Of a DNA stretch of 55,557 bases, positions 37,629 to 47,698 are shown piece after piece. Both the position numbers and the translations under genes were made by a program. Origin of the DNA: an uncultured Oscillospiraceae bacterium (GTDB taxonomy: Bacteria > Bacillota > Clostridia > Acetivibrionales > DTU013); NCBI GenBank assembly GCA_964596445.1, contig CAZQUQ010000001.1, positions 3,357-58,913 of the forward strand, in the 5' to 3' direction. The notes beneath the pieces were generated by a model. That model worked only from the letters and a program-made list of their open reading frames with translations. It was not told where the DNA came from and searched no databases. Each line of letters begins with the position of its first letter. Within the stretch, counting starts at the first letter, position 1.

Positions 37629-38822
37629 TTATCCCTTTATGGATTTGGCAAAGCTTTCTCCAAACTCCACACATTTACGGTGATCGTCTTCCGACAGCCT
37701 GTACTTCACCCTCAGCGGCTCCAGAGGCACGCTCAGGCCTGAATTTTCAAGTGAGGCGGATATTACCTTCGAAGCTTCTCCGCTCCAGCCGTAGCTTCCG
37801 AAGCCTGCGCCCAGCTTCCCTTTGTACCTGTGGGCTTTTATCTCCTCCAGCAGGCCGGCCGTATGCCGCATAACCGTGTTATTTACTGTGCAGCTCCCGA
37901 CAAGGACTCCCTTTGCCTTGAATATGTCAGTCATCAGGTCGCTTTGGTCCGTTGCTGCAACATTGAACAGCTTGTATGGGACGCCCTGCTTTCCGAGACC
38001 TTCAGCGATCGCCTCTGCCATCGCTCTGGTCGAGTCATACATGGTGTCATAGATTATAACGGCATATCCCTCATTATAATCCTGGGACCATTTGTAATAG
38101 TTCTCCACTATCTGCATCGGATCTTTCCTCCATATAACTCCATGGCTCGGAGCGATCATGTCTATCTGGAGTCCCATGCCTTTTATTTCCTCGATCTTCT
38201 TTTTGATCAGCGGACTGAAGGGAGTCAATATATTGGCGTAGTATTTTATTGCCTCCTCCATGAGTTCACAGTTGTCCACTTCGTCATTATAAAGAGATAT
38301 CCCTGCATAGTGCTGTCCGAAAGCATCATTGGAAAGGACAACACCTGCTCCCTTAACATATGTAAGCAGGCTGTCCGGCCAGTGGAGCATCTGCATTTCA
38401 ACGAACACAAGATCATATTCTCCGATGTTTACGGTATCTCCGGTTTTTACCGTAACCAGATTCATATCGTCACGGTGGAAATGGTTCTTGATGATATCGG
38501 CTCCGTTCTTGGTACAATATATCGGTATATCGCGCGAAGGCAGCCTGTCGAGCAGATATCCAAGGCTTCCTCCATGATCCGGCTCGCAATGGTTGATGAC
38601 GATCATGTCTATGCTGCCGAGTCCGACCTGCTTGTCCAGTTCCTTTACGAATTCCTTTTCATATGGATCCCAGACGGTATCCACAAGTACGGTCTTCCTG
38701 TCCTTTATCAGATATGAGTTATAAGTGGAACCTCTGTGTGTGGACAGTTCGTGTCCATGGAACTGACGAAGCTCCCAGTCTTTTATCCCGACCCAGAATA
38801 TGTTCTTCTTTATTTCAGTCAT
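37629..38822 (-). CDS. flavodiiron protein (FprA-type, metallo-beta-lactamase plus flavodoxin domains, no rubredoxin)
   Basis: IFWVGIKDWELRQFHG...STYNSYLI...INHCEPDHGGSL (H-x-E-x-D-H diiron motif), with a C-terminal flavodoxin fold (YDTMYDSTRAMAEAI). The start is moved to ATG 38822. Confidence 0.88.
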   Translation of the reverse strand: MTEIKKNIFWVGIKDWELRQFHGHELSTHRGSTYNSYLIKDRKTVLVDTVWDPYEKEFVKELDKQVGLGSIDMIVINHCEPDHGGSLGYLLDRLPSRDIPIYCTKNGADIIKNHFHRDDMNLVTVKTGDTVNIGEYDLVFVEMQMLHWPDSLLTYVKGAGVVLSNDAFGQHYAGISLYNDEVDNCELMEEAIKYYANILTPFSPLIKKKIEEIKGMGLQIDMIAPSHGVIWRKDPMQIVENYYKWSQDYNEGYAVIIYDTMYDSTRAMAEAIAEGLGKQGVPYKLFNVAATDQSDLMTDIFKAKGVLVGSCTVNNTVMRHTAGLLEEIKAHRYKGKLGAGFGSYGWSGEASKVISASLENSGLSVPLEPLRVKYRLSEDDHRKCVEFGESFAKSIKG

Positions 38823-38901
38823 CACTTCATCTTCCTTTCCGATCCATTTTAACAATCCTATTATTACCCGGAGGCATCCTCAATAAAACATGGACACGGC
38901 G

Positions 38902-38940
38902 AAAAAACAAAAAAGTACGGTCTGCAATGCAGACCGTACT
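38902..38940 (-). terminator. rho-independent terminator of tuf / the str operon
   Basis: AGTACGGTCTGC...GCAGACCGTACT hairpin (38914-38940), followed on the minus strand by TTTTTGTTTTTT. Confidence 0.85.
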
Positions 38941-38958
38941 TTCTGATAAGCTTGTCTA

Positions 38959-40161
38959 TTACTCGATTATAGCAGTAACAGTACCGGAACCAACAGTTCT
39001 TCCGCCTTCACGGATAGCGAACCTGAGTCCTTCTTCCATAGCTATCGGAGTGATGAGCTTGATGGTCATTTCTATATGGTCACCAGGCATGCACATCTCT
39101 ACGCCTTCAGGAAGTTCAGCAACACCGGTAACGTCGGTGGTTCTGAAATAGAACTGGGGTCTGTAGCCGTTGAAGAAAGGAGTATGTCTTCCGCCTTCTT
39201 CCTTGGTCAGAACGTAAACCTGTCCCTTGAAATGAGTGTGAGGCTTGATGGAACCGGGTTTAGCAAGAACCTGTCCTCTTTCGACTTCATTTCTCTGGAT
39301 ACCTCTGAGCAGGCAGCCGATGTTGTCGCCGGCAACAGCCTGGTCAAGGAGCTTCCTGAACATTTCAACGCCGGTAACGACGGTCTTTCTCGACTCGTCC
39401 ATAAGACCAACGATCTCGACTTCTTCGCCAACCTTGATCGTACCTCTTTCAACTCTGCCCGTAGCAACAGTACCGCGGCCTGTGATGGAGAATACGTCCT
39501 CGATAGGCATAATGAACGGCTTGTCGGTCGGTCTTTCCGGTTCAGGAATATAAGAGTCTACTGCGTTCATGAGGTCCAGGATCGGCTTGTATTCCGGAGC
39601 ACTGGGATCGGTGGATGCGCATTCGAGCGCTACCAGAGCGGATCCTCTTACGATCGGAATATTGTCGCCGTCGAATTCATATGTGCTGAGCAGTTCTCTG
39701 ACTTCCATCTCAACGAGCTCGATGAGTTCTTCGTCGTCGACCATGTCGCACTTGTTAAGGAATACTACGATATAAGGAACGCCAACCTGACGGGCAAGGA
39801 GTATGTGCTCCCTGGTCTGGGGCATCGGGCCGTCTGCTGCGGAAACAACGAGGATAGCGCCGTCCATCTGAGCAGCACCGGTGATCATGTTCTTAACGTA
39901 GTCAGCATGACCGGGGCAGTCAACGTGTGCATAGTGCCTCTTATCGGTCTCATACTCAACGTGTGCGGTAGATATCGTGATTCCTCTTGCTTTTTCTTCA
40001 GGAGCCTTGTCGATCTGATCATATGCAGTATAATTAGCTTTGCCCTGGAATCCCAATACCTTTGTTATAGCTGCTGTCAATGAAGTCTTGCCGTGGTCAA
40101 CGTGACCGATGGTTCCAATGTTAACGTGGGGTTTTGTTCTTTCAAATTTGGCCTTACCCAT
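38959..40161 (-). CDS. tuf: elongation factor Tu
   Basis: 400 aa. [13 protein letters not shown] and NKCD motifs, canonical over the full length. Confidence 0.99.
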   Translation of the reverse strand: MGKAKFERTKPHVNIGTIGHVDHGKTSLTAAITKVLGFQGKANYTAYDQIDKAPEEKARGITISTAHVEYETDKRHYAHVDCPGHADYVKNMITGAAQMDGAILVVSAADGPMPQTREHILLARQVGVPYIVVFLNKCDMVDDEELIELVEMEVRELLSTYEFDGDNIPIVRGSALVALECASTDPSAPEYKPILDLMNAVDSYIPEPERPTDKPFIMPIEDVFSITGRGTVATGRVERGTIKVGEEVEIVGLMDESRKTVVTGVEMFRKLLDQAVAGDNIGCLLRGIQRNEVERGQVLAKPGSIKPHTHFKGQVYVLTKEEGGRHTPFFNGYRPQFYFRTTDVTGVAELPEGVEMCMPGDHIEMTIKLITPIAMEEGLRFAIREGGRTVGSGTVTAIIE

Positions 40162-40310
40162 TTTTTAATTCTCCTCCCTTGTTCAGTTGAACACTGATTG
40201 ATTTTATTAAAATTATAATCATGCACCGCTGTCCTCCGCATGACTGCTTTGATCCTGCGGTGCACATAATACGATCCTCTGATTGCGGGCCTGCCCGCAG
40301 CGTCATCTTC

Positions 40311-42374
40311 TTACTTGAGTACTGTATCCTGTATGTTCTTCGGGACGCCTTCATAATGGCTGAATTGCATTGAGAAGACTCCTCTGCCCTGAGTCCTGGA
40401 ACGGAGCTCTGTGGCATATCCGAACATGTTGGCCAGCGGTACGTTGGCAGTTATCACCTGTGCGCCTGATCTGTTCTCCATTCCTTCGATCCTGCCCCGC
40501 CGTGAGTTGAGATCGCCTATTACATCTCCCATGTAGACCTCCGGCACGACAACATCCACTTTCATTATAGGCTCAAGCAGTACGGGATCCGCCTTGCGGC
40601 AGCCATCCTTGAACGCCATCGAGCCTGCTATCTTGAATGCCATCTCCGATGAGTCGACCTCATGGTATGATCCGTCCACAAGCGTAACTTTGACGTCAAG
40701 CACCTGATAACCGCCGAGTACGCCATTCTGCATGGCATCCTGGATACCTTCGTCGATGGCGGGGATGTACTCCTTCGGAATAACACCTCCGACTATCTTG
40801 TTGACAAATGTGTATCCGCTTCCCGGCTCCTGAGGCTCCAGTTCGATCACACAATGACCGTACTGTCCTCTGCCGCCTGACTGCCTTACAAATTTACCTT
40901 CGGACCTGACGGCCTTGCGTATGGTCTCCTTGTAGGCTACCTGCGGCTGTCCGACATTCGCTTCCACCTTGAATTCTCTCATCAATCTGTCAACTATGAT
41001 TTCAAGGTGCAGTTCACCCATACCGGATATGATCGTCTGCCCTGTTTCAGGGTCCGTATGGACTTTGAAGGTCGGATCCTCTTCCGAAAGCTTTGCCAGC
41101 GCTGCCGACATCTTGTCCTGTCCAGCCTTGGTTTTGGGCTCCACTGCGATATCGATTACCGGCTCCGGAAATTCCATCGATTCGAGGATTACCTGGTTTT
41201 CTTCGGTGCAAAGCGTATCTCCGGTAGTGGTATCCTTCAGGCCTACAGCCGCCGCTATATCGCCTGAATAGACGATATCTACGTCCTCCCTGTGGTTGGC
41301 ATGCATCAGCAGCAGCCTTCCGATCCTCTCTCTTCTGCCTCTTGTGGAATTATACACATATGACCCCGAGTTCAGCTTGCCTGAATAAACTCTGAAAAAA
41401 CACAGCTTCCCGACAAAGGGATCGGTCATGATCTTAAACGCGAGCGCAGCAAACGGTCCTTCGTCGTCTGCTGGCCTTTCAAGCTCTGTCTCTCCGTCCG
41501 GTGAGACTCCCCTGATCGCCGGTACATCCAAAGGAGACGGCATATAATCCACAACTGCGTCCAGCAGCTTCTGCACGCCTTTGTTCTTGTAGGATGAACC
41601 GCATGTTACCGGTATCATATCAACTGCAATGGTTGCCTTTCTGATTCCGGCACGTATTTCTTCTACGGTGAGTTCTTCCCCTTCAAGGTATTTATTCATC
41701 AAGTTCTCGTCTTGTTCAGCAACAGCTTCGATTAAAATGTTACGATATTTTTCAACGATTTCAGCCATATCATCCGGTATCGGTTCTTCATCGAGCACCG
41801 TTCCCAGATCATCCACATAATATATGGCTTTCATGGTTACCAGGTCAACTATGCCTTTGAAGTTCTCTTCCTTGCCGATAGGTAACTGAATCGGAACAGC
41901 ATTTGCCTTGAGTCTGTCCTTCATCATCTGTATGCAGTTAAAAAAATCTGCACCTAGAATATCCATTTTATTGACATATGCAATACGGGGAACATGGTAC
42001 TTGTCAGCCTGCCTCCAAACGGTTTCAGACTGAGGCTCCACTCCGCCCTTTGCACAAAAAAGTGTTACCGAACCATCGAGAACTCTCAGAGATCTTTCGA
42101 CCTCCACCGTGAAGTCAACGTGCGCCGGTGTATCTATAATGTTGATCCTGGTTCCCTTCCACTGAGCAGTCGTTGCAGCAGAGGTTATCGTGATGCCTCT
42201 TTCCTGCACCTGATCCATCCAGTCCATTGTAGCCGCACCATCATGAACCTCTCCCATGCTATGCACTCTTCCCGTATAAAACAGGATCCGTGCAGTCGTG
42301 GTCGTCTTACCAGCATCTATATGAGCCATTATACCAAAATTCCTGGTATTTTCCAAACTGAATTGCCTGGGCAT
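40311..42374 (-). CDS. fusA: elongation factor G
   Basis: 687 aa. [20 protein letters not shown] and NKMD motifs, domains II-V recognisable. The DxxG motif reads DTPAH instead of DTPGH (see findings). Confidence 0.98.
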   Translation of the reverse strand: MPRQFSLENTRNFGIMAHIDAGKTTTTARILFYTGRVHSMGEVHDGAATMDWMDQVQERGITITSAATTAQWKGTRINIIDTPAHVDFTVEVERSLRVLDGSVTLFCAKGGVEPQSETVWRQADKYHVPRIAYVNKMDILGADFFNCIQMMKDRLKANAVPIQLPIGKEENFKGIVDLVTMKAIYYVDDLGTVLDEEPIPDDMAEIVEKYRNILIEAVAEQDENLMNKYLEGEELTVEEIRAGIRKATIAVDMIPVTCGSSYKNKGVQKLLDAVVDYMPSPLDVPAIRGVSPDGETELERPADDEGPFAALAFKIMTDPFVGKLCFFRVYSGKLNSGSYVYNSTRGRRERIGRLLLMHANHREDVDIVYSGDIAAAVGLKDTTTGDTLCTEENQVILESMEFPEPVIDIAVEPKTKAGQDKMSAALAKLSEEDPTFKVHTDPETGQTIISGMGELHLEIIVDRLMREFKVEANVGQPQVAYKETIRKAVRSEGKFVRQSGGRGQYGHCVIELEPQEPGSGYTFVNKIVGGVIPKEYIPAIDEGIQDAMQNGVLGGYQVLDVKVTLVDGSYHEVDSSEMAFKIAGSMAFKDGCRKADPVLLEPIMKVDVVVPEVYMGDVIGDLNSRRGRIEGMENRSGAQVITANVPLANMFGYATELRSRTQGRGVFSMQFSHYEGVPKNIQDTVLK

Positions 42375-42464
42375 GATTGCCTCCTTTCTTCCTCGATAAG
42401 TTCAATTCTCTATAAGTTTCTGCATATCATCGCTCTATATGCAGCGGCATGTCTGCCGGTGATA

Positions 42465-42935
42465 TTACCAGCGGTAATGTGCAAATGCTCTGTTTGCTTC
42501 CGCCATCTTGTGGGTGTCTTCCTTCTTTTTGAAAGCTCCGCCCGCATTGTTGACAGCATCCAGGATCTCACCGGCCAGTCTTTCCTTCATTGTCTTCTCT
42601 CCTCTGGCACGGGCATAGTTCGTCAGCCATCTCAGCCCCAGGGCCTGCCTTCTGTCGGGCCTGACTTCCATAGGAACCTGGTATGTCGCGCCGCCGACTC
42701 TTCTGGCCTTGACTTCGAGCACAGGCATGATGTTGTTCAAAGCCTGCTCAAATACCTCAAGCGGATCCTTTCCTGTCTTCTCCCTTATAATGTCGAATGC
42801 GCCGTAGCAAATCTTCTGAGCAACACCCTTTTTGCCGTCGAGCATTATGTTGTTGATCAGCTTTGTCACGACCTTGTCATTATAAATAGGATCGGGCAGA
42901 ACATCCCTTTTAGGCGTATGTCCTTTTCTTGGCAC
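42465..42935 (-). CDS. rpsG: 30S ribosomal protein S7
   Basis: 156 aa, GTG start after AAGGAGGG. Canonical S7 sequence. Confidence 0.98.
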   Translation of the reverse strand: MPRKGHTPKRDVLPDPIYNDKVVTKLINNIMLDGKKGVAQKICYGAFDIIREKTGKDPLEVFEQALNNIMPVLEVKARRVGGATYQVPMEVRPDRRQALGLRWLTNYARARGEKTMKERLAGEILDAVNNAGGAFKKKEDTHKMAEANRAFAHYRW

Positions 42936-43116
42936 TTTACTTCCCTCCTTTGATGAATGATAGGGGCATACAACTCCCCTCCGAATGATTCACGAGGTAC
43001 TCGGAACCCTTAGGTCCTCGTCAGTGCGTCAGTACATGTAATATATAAATCAATTTGGTTGTTTATCTATTCAACATACTTGGCACTCTTTCCTGCAATA
43101 ACCTCGCCAGACGCTT

Positions 43117-43545
43117 TTACTTCTTGGCTGCGCCTGCCTTAGGCCTCTTTGCTCCGTATTTGGAACGGCCCTGCATCCTCTTTGCAACGCCTGCCGTATC
43201 AAGAGTACCTCTGATGATGTGGTACCTGACACCAGGGAGATCCTTCACCCTGCCGCCTCTGATAAGCACAACGCTGTGTTCCTGCAGATTGTGGCCTATT
43301 CCCGGGATATAAGCGCTGACCTCGATACCGTTAGTCAGACGAACCCTTGCAACCTTTCTCAATGCTGAGTTAGGCTTCTTCGGTGTTGTCGTTCTTACAA
43401 CGGTGCAAACTCCACGCTTCTGAGGAGAGTTGATTTCAACAGGCTGTTTTTTCAGTGTGTTGAAACCTCTTTGCAGAGCCGGAGACGCTGATTTGTACTT
43501 GACCGTCTCTCTTCCCTTTCTGACCATCTGATTAAATGTTGGCAA
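43117..43545 (-). CDS. rpsL: 30S ribosomal protein S12
   Basis: 142 aa, TTG start after GGGAGGTG. Wild-type TTPKKPNSA and [13 protein letters not shown] motifs. Confidence 0.98.
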   Translation of the reverse strand: MPTFNQMVRKGRETVKYKSASPALQRGFNTLKKQPVEINSPQKRGVCTVVRTTTPKKPNSALRKVARVRLTNGIEVSAYIPGIGHNLQEHSVVLIRGGRVKDLPGVRYHIIRGTLDTAGVAKRMQGRSKYGAKRPKAGAAKK

Positions 43546-43649
43546 TATTACACCTCCCTTCGAGATTGTTTATCTTAAATTATTGTTGCCGCCTTGTCAG
43601 GGACGTTTCTCTACCATCAAAGCCCTGCTTCCTGCAGAGAAGCGTCCCA

Positions 43650-43892
43650 TTACTTCAGCACACACGCGGCGGATGCCCCAACCTCTATACCGACCGCCTT
43701 GCCAAGCAGCTTCATCGTATCGGCATACTCTACCTGAACCCCGTTGGCCATACAAAGTTCCTTGAGATTCCCGGTGATTTTTTCGTCGGCATCCTTTGCA
43801 ATGAATACGATCGCTGCACTACCATTTTCCACCGCTTTCAGGGTCTGTTTGATCCCAACAGCTTTATTGCTGTTTTTCAAAACCTCCAGCAC
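43650..43892 (-). CDS. L7Ae-family ribosome-associated protein (YbxF/RplGB-like)
   Basis: 80 aa, GTG start. KAVGIKQTLKAVENGSAAIVFIAKDAD... In Firmicutes this family typically sits between rpoC and rpsL. Confidence 0.85.
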   Translation of the reverse strand: MLEVLKNSNKAVGIKQTLKAVENGSAAIVFIAKDADEKITGNLKELCMANGVQVEYADTMKLLGKAVGIEVGASAACVLK

Positions 43893-43998
43893 TTTCTGAG
43901 CACCTTTCCCCTCTTATGGCCTTCTATCGATAAAGCGTTCAAACGCCGCCAAATCATACGCGACAGGGCATAATACCCCCTGAAATTCGCACTGAAAC

Positions 43999-44027
43999 AT
44001 TTTATCACCGCTATGCGGTGTTGTCAA
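43999..44027 (-). promoter_or_regulatory. consensus-like sigma-A promoter for the L7Ae-rpsL-rpsG-fusA-tuf operon
   Basis: On the minus strand: TTGACA (44022-44027), 17-nt spacer, TAAAAT (43999-44004). It lies about 100 nt upstream of the L7Ae-like start. Confidence 0.65.
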
Positions 44028-44185
44028 GTCATACGCAGCCCGGGCGGAAGACAGATCTGCCTGGAGCCGAGCTCCGAAGTCTGGTGTGGTACCCTGACTC
44101 CGGAGCAAGTCTCCTGATCCCCTGAGTAAGTCCCCTGACTCCGGAGCAAGACCCCTGAACCAGGCATGCGGCTCTGTTTGACATG

Positions 44186-47100
44186 TTATTCCGTTACAGT
44201 ACTGATATTTATATCCTTGTATCTGCTCATTCCCGTTCCTGCAGGAATAAGCTTTCCTATGATGACATTTTCCTTCAGTCCGACCAGCGGATCGACCTTG
44301 CCCTTGATGGCAGCTTCGGTCAGGACCCTTGTAGTCTCCTGGAACGATGCGGCTGAAAGGAACGACTCCGTGGCAAGCGAAGCTTTTGTTATGCCAAGCA
44401 GCGCACGTTTGCCCGTCGCCGGTCTGAGTCCTTCGGCGGTGACTCTTGCATTCTCCGCCTCAAAGTCGAACATGTCGACCAGTCCGCCCGGCAGCATGTT
44501 CGTATCGCCTGCATCTTCGACCTTAACTTTCCTGAGCATCTGGCGGATAATGACTTCGATATGCTTGTCGTTGATATCGACGCCCTGGAGTCTGTAAACT
44601 CTCTGCACTTCCTGCAGCAGGTACTGCTGCACGCCGTTGATGCCCTTGATTTTCAATATGTCGTGCGGGTTGACCGAACCTTCGGTGATCTCATCACCGG
44701 CTTCGATCACATCTCCGTCGGAAACCTTTATCCTCGAGCCGTATGTGATCTGATATGTTCTGGATTCACCGTCGTCAGACGTAACAATGACTTCTCTCTT
44801 CTTCTTCGTATCATTTATCCTGACAGTACCGTTGATCTCCGATATAACAGCGAGACCCTTCGGCTTCCTGGCTTCGAACAATTCCTCGACACGCGGTAGA
44901 CCCTGCGTGATATCATCTCCGGCAACACCGCCGGTATGGAACGTTCTCATGGTAAGCTGCGTGCCCGGCTCGCCTATCGACTGGGCCGCTACGATACCAA
45001 CAGCCTCACCGACATTGACATCCTCGCCTGTTGCAAGGTTTGCACCATAGCATTTCGAGCAAACTCCGTATTCGGAATGGCAGGTCAGCATTGATCTGAT
45101 CTTCACCTTTTTGAGCCCTGCTTCGATGACCCTCTCCGCATCGTGATCCGTGATCCTCTTGTCAGCCTCGATTATGACCTCTCCGGTCTCAGGATGGATC
45201 ACCGCTTCGGAAGTATACCTCCCTACAAGTCTTTCTGCCAGACCTTCTATTACTTCGGTGCCGTCCTTGATTTCGGAAACTTCTATACCCTTTCTGGTTC
45301 CGCAGTCAACTTCCCTTACGATGACGTCCTGGCTGACATCCACGAGACGACGGGTCAGATAACCTGAGTCGGCCGTTCTGAGAGCGGTGTCTGCAAGACC
45401 CTTTCTGGCTCCGTGTGAGGATATGAAGTATTCAAGGACGTTCAGACCTTCACGGAAGTTAGCCTTGATCGGTATCTCAAGAGTTTTGCCCTGCGTATCT
45501 GCCATAAGGCCTCTCATACCGGACAGCTGCTTGATCTGGCTGATGCTTCCGCGGGCTCCGGACTCCGACATCATGAATATCGGGTTGAAGCGATCCAATG
45601 TATCCATCAGCGCTTTGGTAAGGTTTTCACCGGTATCGGTCCACGCCTGTATTACCGACGTATATCTTTCCTCTTCAGAGATGAGGCCTCGTTTATACAT
45701 CTTCGTAATGTTCTCTATCTTCGCTTCGGTTTCATCGATGAACTTCTTCTTGACATCGGGTATTACCATATCCGATACACTGACCGTGATGGCACCCTTC
45801 GTAGAGTATTTGAAACCGAGAGACTTGATCTTGTCAAGCACGATGGCAGTTTCAGTAGTACCGTGGACTTTGATGCATTTATCAATGATCCTGCCAAGTT
45901 CCTTTTTGGTAACGATCTGAGTTATTTCAAGATCGAACAGTTTATCCGGGTCGGATCTGTCAACAAAGCCAAGATCCTGCGGTATAGCTTCGTTGAATAT
46001 CAGCTTGCCTACGGTGGCGTCGATTATCTTCGACTTCTTCTCACCGTCAATGACCTTTGTGACCCTGACCCTGATTTTTGCATGAAGGCCCAGATAGCCG
46101 TCATCATAAGCCATCACTGCTTCATCGAACGAACTGAATACCTTGCCCTCACCGGGCTCGCCTTCGCGTTCTATCGTCAGGTAATAGCTGCCAAGCACCA
46201 TGTCCTGAGTCGGTACGGTGATCGGCTTTCCATCCTTGGGAGCCAGCAGATTGTTGGCAGAAAGCATAAGGAATCTCGCCTCCGCCTGGGCTTCTGCGGA
46301 AAGCGGCACGTGGACCGCCATCTGGTCGCCGTCGAAGTCTGCGTTATATGCGGTACAAACCAGCGGATGCAGCTTTAATGCCCTTCCTTCGACAAGCACC
46401 GGCTCAAATGCCTGGATGCCGAGCCTATGGAGCGTCGGCGCACGGTTGAGCAGCACAGGATGCTCTTTGATCACTTCTTCGAGGACATCCCATACCTCAG
46501 GCCTTACCCTCTCGACCATTCTTTTTGCACTTTTGATATTGTGTGCCAGACCGTCATTTACAAGCTTCTTCATTACAAAGGGCTTGAACAGCTCGAGCGC
46601 CATTTCCTTCGGCAGACCGCACTGGAATATCTTCAGTTCGGGGCCGACGACGATAACGGAACGTCCCGAATAGTCGACACGTTTTCCGAGCAGGTTCTGA
46701 CGGAAGCGGCCCTGCTTGCCCTTCAGCATGTCTGAAAGGGACTTCAGCGGCCTGTTGCCGGGGCCCGTTACCGGACGTCCTCTTCTGCCGTTGTCTATCA
46801 GGGCGTCTACGGCCTCCTGCAGCATCCTCTTTTCATTCCTTACGATTATATCAGGCGCTCCGAGATCGAGCAGCCTCTTTAAACGGTTATTCCTGTTGAT
46901 GACGCGTCTGTACAGGTCATTCAGGTCGGACGTCGCGAACCTTCCGCCGTCCAGCTGGACCATCGGACGGAGCTCCGGCGGGATGACAGGTATAACATCC
47001 ATTATCATCCACTCCGGCCTGTTTCCTGAAAGCCTGAAAGCTTCCACTACTTCAAGCCTCTTTATCGTTCTGATCCTCTTCTGTCCCGAGGCATCCTCCA

Positions 47101-47683
47101 GATCCTGCCTGAGCTCTTTTGACAGCTTATCCAGATCTATCTCCGTCAAAAGCTCCTTTATCGCCTCAGCGCCCATCGATGCCTTGAATTTGTAGCCGAA
47201 TTTTTCAACACTGTCCCTGTATTCTTTCTCAGTCAGTATCTGCTTTTTGGACAGCGGCGTCTGTCCCGGATCTATAACAACATAGGATGCGAAATACAGG
47301 ATCTTTTCCAGCGCTCTCGGAGACATGTCAAGAATAAGGCCCATCCTGCTGGGTATACCCTTGAAATACCATATGTGCGAAACGGGAGCCGCCAGTTCGA
47401 TATGGCCCATACGTTCCCTTCTCACCTTGGAACGGGTGACCTCAACACCGCATCTGTCGCAAACTATACCTTTATATCTGATCCTCTTGTATTTGCCGCA
47501 ATGGCATTCCCAGTCCTTCTGCGGTCCGAATATCCTTTCGCAGAAAAGCCCGTCCCTCTCCGGTTTCAATGTCCTGTAGTTGATCGTCTCAGGCTTTTTT
47601 ACCTCGCCTCTCGACCATTCTCTGATTTTCTCCGGGGAAGCCAAACCTATTTTTATAGCATCAAAATTATTCATCTCAAACAT
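44186..47683 (-). CDS. rpoC: DNA-directed RNA polymerase subunit beta'
   Basis: 1165 aa. Zn-finger CHCGKY...CDRCGVEV, catalytic [12 protein letters not shown]. Confidence 0.99.
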   Translation of the reverse strand: MFEMNNFDAIKIGLASPEKIREWSRGEVKKPETINYRTLKPERDGLFCERIFGPQKDWECHCGKYKRIRYKGIVCDRCGVEVTRSKVRRERMGHIELAAPVSHIWYFKGIPSRMGLILDMSPRALEKILYFASYVVIDPGQTPLSKKQILTEKEYRDSVEKFGYKFKASMGAEAIKELLTEIDLDKLSKELRQDLEDASGQKRIRTIKRLEVVEAFRLSGNRPEWMIMDVIPVIPPELRPMVQLDGGRFATSDLNDLYRRVINRNNRLKRLLDLGAPDIIVRNEKRMLQEAVDALIDNGRRGRPVTGPGNRPLKSLSDMLKGKQGRFRQNLLGKRVDYSGRSVIVVGPELKIFQCGLPKEMALELFKPFVMKKLVNDGLAHNIKSAKRMVERVRPEVWDVLEEVIKEHPVLLNRAPTLHRLGIQAFEPVLVEGRALKLHPLVCTAYNADFDGDQMAVHVPLSAEAQAEARFLMLSANNLLAPKDGKPITVPTQDMVLGSYYLTIEREGEPGEGKVFSSFDEAVMAYDDGYLGLHAKIRVRVTKVIDGEKKSKIIDATVGKLIFNEAIPQDLGFVDRSDPDKLFDLEITQIVTKKELGRIIDKCIKVHGTTETAIVLDKIKSLGFKYSTKGAITVSVSDMVIPDVKKKFIDETEAKIENITKMYKRGLISEEERYTSVIQAWTDTGENLTKALMDTLDRFNPIFMMSESGARGSISQIKQLSGMRGLMADTQGKTLEIPIKANFREGLNVLEYFISSHGARKGLADTALRTADSGYLTRRLVDVSQDVIVREVDCGTRKGIEVSEIKDGTEVIEGLAERLVGRYTSEAVIHPETGEVIIEADKRITDHDAERVIEAGLKKVKIRSMLTCHSEYGVCSKCYGANLATGEDVNVGEAVGIVAAQSIGEPGTQLTMRTFHTGGVAGDDITQGLPRVEELFEARKPKGLAVISEINGTVRINDTKKKREVIVTSDDGESRTYQITYGSRIKVSDGDVIEAGDEITEGSVNPHDILKIKGINGVQQYLLQEVQRVYRLQGVDINDKHIEVIIRQMLRKVKVEDAGDTNMLPGGLVDMFDFEAENARVTAEGLRPATGKRALLGITKASLATESFLSAASFQETTRVLTEAAIKGKVDPLVGLKENVIIGKLIPAGTGMSRYKDINISTVTE

Positions 47684-47698
47684 GTCTGAATCTCCCTC

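Noticed and set aside
39076-40083. 335-aa plus-strand ORF inside tuf, together with similar long antisense ORFs in fusA/rpsG (41994-42953), fprA (37830-38717), rpoB (50235-51005), lon (31249-31998) and the URO-D-like gene (7125-7832)
   Set aside because: All lie opposite strongly conserved, motif-verified genes and translate to low-complexity Ser/Leu/Arg-rich sequences. They are typical antisense shadows in codon-biased genes.
43914-44108. 64-aa minus-strand ORF in the rpoC / L7Ae-like spacer
   Set aside because: It has no RBS. The strong TTGACA-17-TAAAAT promoter lies inside it, so most of it would not be on the str-operon transcript in a translatable context. Its N-terminal part is simply the translation of the GC-rich repeats.
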